Shown here: positions 9,476 to 17,923 of the stretch, piece by piece
Layout of the letters: each line of letters starts with the position of its first letter
Position numbering within the stretch: the stretch's first letter is position 1
NCBI GenBank assembly: GCA_963765495.1
Contig: CAVXWP010000009.1
Location: forward strand, 846,650-910,649
Origin: Blastocatellia bacterium
Lineage (GTDB): Bacteria > Acidobacteriota > Blastocatellia > UBA7656
Length of the DNA stretch: 64,000 nucleotides
Direction: 5' to 3'
Program-made: the position numbers and the translations under genes
Notes under the pieces: generated by a model
Told to the model about the DNA's origin: nothing
The model's input: the letters and a program-made list of their open reading frames with translations, nothing else
The model's database searches: none

Positions 9476-11046
9476 TGACAAGTCATTCGAAGCTCTTGCC
9501 AGGCGGTGTCGAGCGAGAAATGCTGACCTTCATAATATTCAAGGTCTCGCTTGTCGCTCTCGGCATTTTGAGCCTTGCGCTTTATCACATCAGCGCGCCT
9601 CTTTACCGCTATTCGCCGGGCAACGTAACCTACATCGCCACCTTTATCGGCCAATTCGCGTTTTACCTTCTGGCCTGTTACGCGGTTACTCGCTTTCGCG
9701 CAACAGACGCGGCCCGCAATTTATCATCGGTCACGATTTTCACGCTGATGATAGTGCTGATGTTTGCGGCGGCTTTTCGCGCAAGGCTTGTGACCGAGCC
9801 GCCCTTCCTGTCGAGCGATGTTTACCGCTATATCTGGGACGGTCGCGTGCAGGCATCGGGCATCAACCCTTACCGTTACATTCCGGCAGAAGAGGAACTG
9901 GCTCCTCTGCGAGACGACCTGATCTATGCCAACATAAATCGCAAGGATTTCGCGCATACGATCTATCCACCCGTAGCGCAGGCGATATTTTTGGCCTCAT
10001 ACCTTGTACGGCCATCGAGCGTGACGACATTCAAAGTAACGATGAGTTTGTTTGACGCGCTTGCGGCGCTGGCCATAATGCTTGCGCTTGCGCGGGCAAG
10101 GATGGACCCCGCGCTTGTCATCTTTTTCGCATGGCATCCACTGGTAATCTGGGAAGGCGCGCACAGCGGTCATATCGAATCGGCAAGCATGGCGTTTCTG
10201 GCGCTCGCGCTTCTCTGTTGGACCTATGAAAAACGCGCTCTTACCGGCGTAGCCCTCGCGCTCGCAACCCTGGTCAAACTCTATCCGATCATGCTGCTGC
10301 CGGTGTTTGCCGCGGCGAAATTGCCGCAGGGGCCAGCTTCGCAGGGGCCAGCTTCGCAGGAGCCAGGGGCCGGGGGCCAGCTTCGCAGGGGCCGGGGGCC
10401 GGGGGCCGGGGGGCTGGGGGCTGGGGATGAGAAGAAAGCTACAGGCAAGAAAATTGACCTGATAAACCTACTGGCCCCCGGCCCCCGGCCCCTGCTCCAT
10501 CTGGCAGCTGCATTTATCCTCACGATCATAATCGCGTATCTGCCTTATCTGAGCGTAGGCGCGAAAGTGATAGGATACCTGCCGGGATATTTGAAAGAAG
10601 AAGGATATATGCACGCCGGGAATCGCTATTTTCTGCTGAGCCTCGTGCGATGGTTTGTCCCTTTGCCGACTGCCGCATACTCTGTTTTTTCGGCCCTCGC
10701 TCTACTGGGGTTCGGCGTGTGGCAGCTATTGAAACCGAAACGCAACGTTACGGATGTCGCTCGCGGAGCCGCTCAGTTGATAGGGCTTTTCATGATACTC
10801 AGCAGCCCTCGCTATAGCTGGTATGTAGCGTGGATAATTCCATTTCTCTGCTTTGCGCCACGGGCGGCCTGGCTATATCTGACCGGCGCTTCGGTCTTGC
10901 TTTATCTGCTCTGGTTCACGACCGATTATCCCAATATCCCTTTATGGCTGGGCGCGGCGATTTATGTGCCGGCCCTCGCGCTGTTTATCAGGGATAGGGT
11001 CAAGATAAAAGTTGTGAAAGAGAAGGCAAGCGCGTCACAGGCTTGA
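9475..11046 (+). CDS. GT-C fold (GT87-like) membrane glycosyltransferase with low-complexity insertion
   Basis: SSDVYRYIWDG, NPYRY, TIYPP, SGH.E, KLYP; many TM segments. Confidence 0.8.
   Translation: MTSHSKLLPGGVEREMLTFIIFKVSLVALGILSLALYHISAPLYRYSPGNVTYIATFIGQFAFYLLACYAVTRFRATDAARNLSSVTIFTLMIVLMFAAAFRARLVTEPPFLSSDVYRYIWDGRVQASGINPYRYIPAEEELAPLRDDLIYANINRKDFAHTIYPPVAQAIFLASYLVRPSSVTTFKVTMSLFDALAALAIMLALARARMDPALVIFFAWHPLVIWEGAHSGHIESASMAFLALALLCWTYEKRALTGVALALATLVKLYPIMLLPVFAAAKLPQGPASQGPASQEPGAGGQLRRGRGPGAGGLGAGDEKKATGKKIDLINLLAPGPRPLLHLAAAFILTIIIAYLPYLSVGAKVIGYLPGYLKEEGYMHAGNRYFLLSLVRWFVPLPTAAYSVFSALALLGFGVWQLLKPKRNVTDVARGAAQLIGLFMILSSPRYSWYVAWIIPFLCFAPRAAWLYLTGASVLLYLLWFTTDYPNIPLWLGAAIYVPALALFIRDRVKIKVVKEKASASQA
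10326..10497. repeat. G-rich heptamer-repeat hairpin inserted in frame in the glycosyltransferase
   Basis: (GCAGGGGCCAGCTTC)n and (GGGGCCG)n ... CTGGCCCCCGGCCCCCGGCCCCTG. Confidence 0.8.
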
Positions 11047-11106
11047 TAACCGGGTGTGCTTGATAGAAACTTATTTTCCACATTTTTGCGAACCGGGGAG
11101 AATTGA

Positions 11107-11916
11107 ATGCCTACTTTAGATCAGGAATTTGACTTTGATTTCAACGAGCGATCCCTCGAAGGCCGGGTGATTTTAGTGGCGGGCGGAACAGGCGGTCTCG
11201 GAAGCGCCACGGTCGCATTGCTCGCGCGCGAAGGTGCTCAGCTCGTAGTCGGATATTGCAGCAACCGCGACCGGGCAAGGGCGCTCAAACAGGTAGTCGA
11301 AGCCGCATACGATACTACTCTTCATCTGGTTGAAGGAGATATTTCCGATCCCGACCAGCGCAGGCGTTACATCGAAACAGCCGACCGGCTAGGAGATGGC
11401 CTCTATGGGCTGATCTGTTTCACAGGCGACCCGGCTCGCGTGAAATTCGAGGAGATGACCGATGAAGACATGCAGGCTTCGATGGAAGAGAATTACATCG
11501 CGCCCGTGTTGCTTGCGCGGCAGGCGGCTGAGAGCATGAAGCGCCGGGGCCAGCAGGGCGCAATAGTGTTGACTTCGACCATGCAGGCAGTGGCGGTCTT
11601 TGAATCGAGTGTAAATTACGCAGGGCCGAAAACGGCTCTGATACAGGCAGCACGCATAATGGCCAAGCAGGCGGGCGGGCCCGCCGACATTCGTGTGAAC
11701 GTGATAGCGCCCGGGGTCAATCGCGCAGGGATGGCGATGAAGTCAATCGAGTCGGGCAAATATGACTTCTTCATCGATCAGGAAGTCATTCCACGCTTCG
11801 GTCGCCCCGAAGATATTGCTCGCGTCGTGCGCTTGCTCGTCGAGCCTGATAATTACATAACCGGCCAGGTAATCACCGTAGACGGCGGGCTGACCCTGCG
11901 GCGAGATCGTGGATAA
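11107..11916 (+). CDS. SDR family oxidoreductase
   Basis: GGTGGLG, YAGPK, RFGRPED, ITGQVITVDGG. Confidence 0.9.
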   Translation: MPTLDQEFDFDFNERSLEGRVILVAGGTGGLGSATVALLAREGAQLVVGYCSNRDRARALKQVVEAAYDTTLHLVEGDISDPDQRRRYIETADRLGDGLYGLICFTGDPARVKFEEMTDEDMQASMEENYIAPVLLARQAAESMKRRGQQGAIVLTSTMQAVAVFESSVNYAGPKTALIQAARIMAKQAGGPADIRVNVIAPGVNRAGMAMKSIESGKYDFFIDQEVIPRFGRPEDIARVVRLLVEPDNYITGQVITVDGGLTLRRDRG

Positions 11917-11969
11917 AGATAGCCCCTTGCCCGTACGGCGGTCTATAGACAAAAACCAGAAGGAGCAAA

Positions 11970-13547
11970 ATGCGAATTAATTTTCGGTTTTTCAACAAGA
12001 GTGTAATCACGAGCCTGATTCTGATTGTGGCCGTTTCCTGTATGGGGGCGCAGCAGAAGAGTGTCCGGCAATCGGCTCTGACCCGGAGCAGGCAGGCGAC
12101 TCTTGATCATATCTCCGCTTCGTCGCTCGAAGGCCATCTGTCATTTATCGCCTCTGACATGCTCGAAGGGCGCAACACTCCATCAACGGGGCTCGATACT
12201 GCCGCTCTGTATATTGCCGCGCAGTTTCGCCGCGCAGGTCTCGAACCCGCGGGCGATGATGGTTATTTTCAAACGGCCAACTGGCTTGTTTCAGAGCGTA
12301 CGCCTGATGGGTTTGAGCTAAAGTTTGATACCGGGAAAGAGACTATCAAGGTCGATAAGGATCGGGTGAGCATTTCTCTTAATCAGGCCCTCGATCTTTC
12401 GCGCGCTCCTTTGCTCAAGGTGAATTATGAAGATTCTGCGGCTATCTCGGCGCTTGGCGTTGATGCGCAGGGAAAGGCGATACTGACCGAGATACCCGAT
12501 TTTCGCAAAGCAGACCGTTCTCGACGGGGCGAACTGTATCAGGCCAGAAGCCAGTTCATGAGGAAGATGGGAGAGGTTAAAGCGGCTGTGATTATTTCGA
12601 TTGACCGGAGCAGTCCGACCGGCACAGGCCCCGCGTCCAGCCGGTTGATAGACCCCGAAAACCGCCGAGATATCGCTTCAACCGCTTCAACGCCTTTCAT
12701 CACCGTTCACGATCCGGCAGTAGTAAAAATGTATGACTCGATGGCATCTGCATCGAATACGGGTACGGTCTCTATTCATCTTGCCGCGCCTGACGAGCAC
12801 CCCGTCAAGCTGCGCAATGTCATAGGCATCCTGCGCGGATCGGACCCGCAGTTGAAAGATACTTATGTGCTGGTCACAGCGCATTACGATCATATTGGCG
12901 TGGACCCGAGTCTTCCGGGCGACAAAATATTTAACGGCGCGAACGATGATGGGAGCGGCACGGTTTCGGTCATCGAGATAGCATCGGCCCTGGCCACGCT
13001 GAAGGCGCGACCAAAACGGACCCTTGTTTTTATGACCGTCTTTGGCGAAGAGAAAGGGCTGCTCGGCTCGCGTTATTACGGACGGCACCCGATCTTTCCA
13101 ATCGAGAAGACTGTAGCCGACATCAATCTTGAACAGGTAGGCCGCACCGACAGCACCGAAGGGCCGCAAATCGCTAATGCCTCGCTGACGGGTTTTGATT
13201 ATTCCGATGTAGGGGAGATTCTGAAACAAGCCGGCTCGCTTACAGGCATCACCGTCTATAAGCATGCCCAGAATAGCGATGCCTATTTTGGCCGCAGCGA
13301 CAACCAGGCGCTTGCCGATCAAGGTGTCCCCGCTCATACGCTGTGCGTGGCTTTCGATTACGCCGACTATCACGGCGCGGGCGATCACTGGGAGAAAATA
13401 GACTATGCAAACATGGCTAAGGTAGACCGCATGGTAGCTCTCGCGCTCATAATGATTGCCGATAGCCGGGACGCGCCAAAGTGGAATGAAGCAAACCCAA
13501 AGACCGCCCGCTATGTGAAGGCATGGCAGGAGCACCACGGGAAGTAA
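11970..13547 (+). CDS. Secreted M28 family aminopeptidase
   Basis: AHYDH, GANDDGSG, GEEKGLLGS, RSD, DYH. Confidence 0.9.
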   Translation: MRINFRFFNKSVITSLILIVAVSCMGAQQKSVRQSALTRSRQATLDHISASSLEGHLSFIASDMLEGRNTPSTGLDTAALYIAAQFRRAGLEPAGDDGYFQTANWLVSERTPDGFELKFDTGKETIKVDKDRVSISLNQALDLSRAPLLKVNYEDSAAISALGVDAQGKAILTEIPDFRKADRSRRGELYQARSQFMRKMGEVKAAVIISIDRSSPTGTGPASSRLIDPENRRDIASTASTPFITVHDPAVVKMYDSMASASNTGTVSIHLAAPDEHPVKLRNVIGILRGSDPQLKDTYVLVTAHYDHIGVDPSLPGDKIFNGANDDGSGTVSVIEIASALATLKARPKRTLVFMTVFGEEKGLLGSRYYGRHPIFPIEKTVADINLEQVGRTDSTEGPQIANASLTGFDYSDVGEILKQAGSLTGITVYKHAQNSDAYFGRSDNQALADQGVPAHTLCVAFDYADYHGAGDHWEKIDYANMAKVDRMVALALIMIADSRDAPKWNEANPKTARYVKAWQEHHGK

Positions 13548-13746
13548 AACCGTGGCAACTGAATTTTAGTTTTCCTCAAACGGATTAGCTCATATTAGGT
13601 CAGATCCGCGTATATCCGCCGCATCCGCGTCCGTCCCGGCCTATTAACCCCGCCTTTCATTCAAATCCATCTGCACCGATCTCTCGGGGTATGATTTAGA
13701 GGCTGTGACCGCAAATATGCAAAACTCGTCTAAGGGGGAGCATGCT

Positions 13747-13902
13747 CAGGGCTATTGCAAAGTAGCTTGACATGTATGGTAGGGGCAGGGCTTGTCCCTG
13801 CCCGGATCGCCCGAAGGGCGATGACTGTCATCGCGCTTACGCGCGATTCGGGCAGCCACAAGGGCTGCCCCTACATTTTTGCTCGACTTTGCAATAGCCC
13901 TG
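13747..13902. mobile_element. 156-bp MITE with 17-bp TIRs and 10-bp target duplication, containing a REP doublet
   Basis: TIR CAGGGCTATTGCAAAGT / ACTTTGCAATAGCCCTG; GGAGCATGCT at 13737-13746 and 13903-13912. Confidence 0.85.
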
Positions 13903-13994
13903 GGAGCATGCTAAAGCAGATTTCCCCATGTCTGCTCGCTCCATTACAATACAAACAGGACGCTGTGAGCAGATGTCGGTAGCAATCGAGGATT

Positions 13995-14633
13995 ATGCAG
14001 CTATTGCTTGCAGTGCTCATAGAGTTCTGGAGTCTCCTCAGAAAACTCGGGGGGCTTGGCCTGATCCTTATGGGTTTTCTTGACAGTTCCGTCATTCCAA
14101 CCCCGGGCGGGTTGGATTTGCTGACCATCGTGCTTGCGGCGGGGCAAAAAACCTGGTGGCCTTATTATGCCGCGATGGCTGTTGCCGGGTCGGTTATCGG
14201 CGGGTATCTGAGCTATGAACTTGGGCGCAAGGGCGGTGAAGAGGCCATTGAAAAAAGAATGTCCAAAAAGAAATTTGACCGCGTATGCCGAGCCTTCGAG
14301 AAATGGGGATTCGGAGCCGTCTTTGTACCCACGATCCTGCCTCCCCCTTTTCCGATAGGTCCGATTTTTATGGGCGCGGGGGCGCTTGATTATCCGCTCA
14401 AAAAATTCCTGCTCGCGCTCACCGCAGGCCGCGTCATCAGATTCACTATAGTCGCTTACATGGCTTCAAGATATGGCCAGTACGTAATAAAGTTCTTCTC
14501 AGATAATTACGTGATGATACTCCTGATAATCGCGGGGCTGACGGCAGCAGGAGGCTTAGCCTTTTTTCTTTTCCGCTCACACGACAAACAAACCAAAAAG
14601 AAAGCGTCCGATGCCACGGCAAGCGGAGATTAA
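13995..14633 (+). CDS. DedA/YqaA (VTT domain) membrane protein
   Basis: GSVIGGYLSYELGRKGG, LPPPFP, GRVIRF. Confidence 0.85.
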   Translation: MQLLLAVLIEFWSLLRKLGGLGLILMGFLDSSVIPTPGGLDLLTIVLAAGQKTWWPYYAAMAVAGSVIGGYLSYELGRKGGEEAIEKRMSKKKFDRVCRAFEKWGFGAVFVPTILPPPFPIGPIFMGAGALDYPLKKFLLALTAGRVIRFTIVAYMASRYGQYVIKFFSDNYVMILLIIAGLTAAGGLAFFLFRSHDKQTKKKASDATASGD

Positions 14634-16768
14634 ATGACCGGCACAGGGACGGCCATCTCTTCTCCGCCAACAGGCGCAAGTGGAATTATTAACCGGAACT
14701 CGGTTCCGTGGCCGTCGCGTGCGGGGCTCTTGAGTTCTATAATGCCGCCAAGCTCAACGATACGGCGCTGAACTATGGCAAGTCCCAATCCCGTGCCTCT
14801 GGACTTGGTGGTATAGAAAGGCTCGAACACCCGGCGCTGATCTTCTTCGGGAATGCCCGGCCCCGTGTCTGTGATCGTAAGCATCACGCTGGACGAAGAC
14901 GGGGTGCCTCTCTCCGAGTGGGTCTTTTGCCTGTCGAATTCCACGCTCGCAACCACGGCGACCTCTCCCCCCTCGCCCGTTGCCTGAAGACCGTTGAGCA
15001 CAAGATTGCCGAGCGCCTCGCGCACCGCCGAGGCCTGCGCGCCTGTAAGCGTCACATCCTGATCAACCACAACGTTCAGCGCGACGCGCAGTTCGCGAGC
15101 CTCTTTGCCAATGAGTGCCATCGTGGAGTCGAGCAATTCCGACATCGACACGGGGCGGCTGTCTTGATGATTTGGGCGCGAGAAGGCGAGAAGTTGCGAA
15201 ACAGTCCGGTTGAGGCGATCTATTTCGCTGACGATCAACTCCAGATCACGGTCGTATTCCTTGAGCGACTCTTCTTCGCGCATCACCTGGGCTATGGATT
15301 TGATCGAAGAGAGCGGGTTTTTGACTTCGTGCGCTACGGTAGCGGCCATCTGTCCAAGCGTAGCCAGTCGCTCGCGCGCGGCAAGCTCACGTTCGAGTCG
15401 TATCTTTTCTTCTACAAGCAGGCAGCCTTCGACTTCGATGGCTACCTGCCCCGCCAGCACATCGAGAATAGATCGCTTCTCAGATGTCAACGTCTGAGCT
15501 TCGGCCTCTATTATCATCAGCCCTATAACTTTGTTTTCGCGTCTGAGGCCGTAAGCGATGCTCGCGCCCAGTTCCGTCAAATCCTCGTCCGTCTCGATCA
15601 TATCCGATTGCCAGAGGCGGAGCTTTTCAATCAGCCGCCGCTCGGGGCCTTCGGCGAGCGTAGCGATTGAAGGGACTACGCGAACCCGCGCCAGATCAAG
15701 CCCCCGGCGAATGATCTCTTCCGTGTACCGCACAACCGCGTCGAGTTCACCAAGCCCCGCAGTGCCTGCCGACACCTGTCGCACAACGTCGCGGTACAAC
15801 CCGATCTCATGAGCAAACAGGCGATGCACCATTCTCTCGATCACCCGTATGACGGGACCGGCCAGCGCGACCATCCCGAGTATCAATATCGCTTCGATCA
15901 CTCCGGGCCGCGACCCAAATCGCTCGACAAAAAATTGATCCAGTTGCCTCACGCCGTAAGTGTAAACCGCTATAAAGACGACCGCGAATCCCGCGTACAT
16001 CAAGCTGTCTTTTATGATGATGTCCACTATCTTGTAGCGATAGACGTAGTAGGCCACAAAGAAAGTCGGCAAAAGCGACAGCAAAATGTAGGCTACCCAG
16101 AGAAAATCGTTCGGGCCTGAGCGACGCAACCCGACTATGGCGAATTCGAACCCGCCTATGATGAACAGGAAAATGGCGAGCAATTTGAAGAACGCTCGCT
16201 CGCGTGTGGCAGATATATTTAGGCGATCCTTGATCACCCAGTCAATTGCCGACGCCGACCAGAAGGCATACATCCACCATACGGAATAGGGAATAAGCAA
16301 TCTTCTGAGCTTTACAAAAAACAACTGGTAATCGCCGGTATTGATCAGGTAGATCGCATAAGGCAGCACGATCATCGGCGCATAAAAAGCCAGCCCCGCG
16401 ATTCGGGCCTGCCTCTCGCTTGCAGTCCGATTCTTATTAAATGAACTCCAGACGGCAAAGTGCGCGTGAAGTAGCGCGGAAGGGACCAGCGCTACGCCGA
16501 TCATAGTAATGGTATCCCAGACTCTCAAAAGAGAGGTTAGCCGCTCGCTGCCAAGCAGCAGAAGGTGCAGCATAGTGAGCATATTTCCGAGAAACCACCC
16601 GCCCAGACAAAGACCCAGCAATACGAATGTGCGTTCGGCAAGCGTCATATGCTCGCGTGCGCCCAGCCGCCTCTTCCAGATCAACCAGGCGATGTAGAGG
16701 TGCAGCGCCGCCCCGGTGGCGAATCCTACGAGCTTTAATATTTCAAGCAGTGACATAACCGAAGACAA
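14630..16768 (-). CDS. Multi-TM sensor histidine kinase (no adjacent response regulator)
   Basis: AHEVKNPL H-box, NLVLNG, DTGPG, PFYTTK, GTGLGL. Confidence 0.9.
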   Translation of the reverse strand: MSSVMSLLEILKLVGFATGAALHLYIAWLIWKRRLGAREHMTLAERTFVLLGLCLGGWFLGNMLTMLHLLLLGSERLTSLLRVWDTITMIGVALVPSALLHAHFAVWSSFNKNRTASERQARIAGLAFYAPMIVLPYAIYLINTGDYQLFFVKLRRLLIPYSVWWMYAFWSASAIDWVIKDRLNISATRERAFFKLLAIFLFIIGGFEFAIVGLRRSGPNDFLWVAYILLSLLPTFFVAYYVYRYKIVDIIIKDSLMYAGFAVVFIAVYTYGVRQLDQFFVERFGSRPGVIEAILILGMVALAGPVIRVIERMVHRLFAHEIGLYRDVVRQVSAGTAGLGELDAVVRYTEEIIRRGLDLARVRVVPSIATLAEGPERRLIEKLRLWQSDMIETDEDLTELGASIAYGLRRENKVIGLMIIEAEAQTLTSEKRSILDVLAGQVAIEVEGCLLVEEKIRLERELAARERLATLGQMAATVAHEVKNPLSSIKSIAQVMREEESLKEYDRDLELIVSEIDRLNRTVSQLLAFSRPNHQDSRPVSMSELLDSTMALIGKEARELRVALNVVVDQDVTLTGAQASAVREALGNLVLNGLQATGEGGEVAVVASVEFDRQKTHSERGTPSSSSVMLTITDTGPGIPEEDQRRVFEPFYTTKSRGTGLGLAIVQRRIVELGGIIELKSPARDGHGTEFRLIIPLAPVGGEEMAVPVPVI

Positions 16769-16927
16769 TAAACTTCAACTGGATGGCAAGTCAGGTCTAA
16801 ACGCTACGGCTTACTGTAAACGTCGGCGGAAAGAAATGTCAAAGCCCTTTGAGGGCGAGCGAGAATCCGCGTGGCCTGATCTATGATATGTGGATACAAT
16901 GTCAGGGCGGGAATCAAGGATCAGCAA

Positions 16928-17614
16928 ATGAAGGCCACCGACAAAGAAGAGACTCTCAAGGCTTATGAGCGCCACGCCTCATCGGTAGACGCGGAGTTTC
17001 ACCGTGTCTTCGAGCAGTTTGCCGACCGCATGCAGTGCGGTAAAGGCTGTTCGATGTGTTGCAGTCAGATGTTTTCGATCTCGCTAATCGAAGCCGCCTA
17101 CATATCTCGCGCAGTAAAAGCTATGCCCGAAGAGCGCCGCCACCGCCTGCGCGCCTCGGCTCGCGATTACATCGCAAAGGCCAGAAAATTGACCTTAGAC
17201 AACGATGAAGACGACGGCGAAGAAGCCATAACGCCGCGCCCCGGATTGAGACTTCCCTGCCCGGCGCTCATCGATGATGCCTGCTCGATCTATGATGCGA
17301 GGCCGCTCATCTGTCGCAAGTGGGGCATACCGCTTTTCAATCCAAAAAAGCCTGTGGAACTTCAAGCCTGCGAGCTGAATTTTCGCCCCGGCGAAGAGGT
17401 TGATATAACCGGATTGCTCGAACCCCAGGTGTCGCTGCTGGAAGAGTGGGTCGAACTCAAAGACCAGACAAGAAAAACTCTTCGCCATCCGAAGATGACA
17501 ACTACCGTGGCTGAAGCGATAATGTATGACTTTGAAGATATCTTATTTAACGAAGAAGAAGGACAAAGAAAACATGGTTTTGAAGCTGCAAGAACTGAGA
17601 CGATACGTGATTGA
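16928..17614 (+). CDS. YkgJ family CxxCxxCC cysteine-cluster protein
   Basis: CGKGCSMCC, CPAL...CSIYDARPLICR. Confidence 0.85.
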   Translation: MKATDKEETLKAYERHASSVDAEFHRVFEQFADRMQCGKGCSMCCSQMFSISLIEAAYISRAVKAMPEERRHRLRASARDYIAKARKLTLDNDEDDGEEAITPRPGLRLPCPALIDDACSIYDARPLICRKWGIPLFNPKKPVELQACELNFRPGEEVDITGLLEPQVSLLEEWVELKDQTRKTLRHPKMTTTVAEAIMYDFEDILFNEEEGQRKHGFEAARTETIRD

Positions 17615-17864
17615 TAATCGAGTTGAAATCAAATTCAGCGACCCCGATTCCAGCCACCAGTTCCTACTCAACAACAAGGGGCAGATAAAGATTTTAAGCG
17701 AAGACAAGGATTCCCGCCTTGAGGATATTTTTGCCTCTGTTCAAACCTTTGAGGTAATCAATGAAGATAAGACGCAGCAGATGTCGCGGGCGGCTCTGGC
17801 CGAGGCAGTCGGCGAAGCGTTCAAGCGGCGCGGATTTGCCGCCTGGAAAGATGAGGAAGAGTAA
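17574..17864 (+). CDS. Hypothetical protein
   Basis: RBS AAGGA, protein-like composition, ends just before a terminator. Confidence 0.65.
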   Translation: MVLKLQELRRYVIDNRVEIKFSDPDSSHQFLLNNKGQIKILSEDKDSRLEDIFASVQTFEVINEDKTQQMSRAALAEAVGEAFKRRGFAAWKDEEE

Positions 17865-17867
17865 TTC

Positions 17868-17908
17868 AAAAAGGCCACCGAGATATTTCGGTGGCCTTTG
17901 TTGTTTTC
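17868..17908. terminator. Bidirectional intrinsic terminator
   Basis: AAAGGCCACCGA-GATATT-TCGGTGGCCTTT between convergent genes. Confidence 0.8.
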
Positions 17909-17923
17909 AAATCAGAGGTCAGG

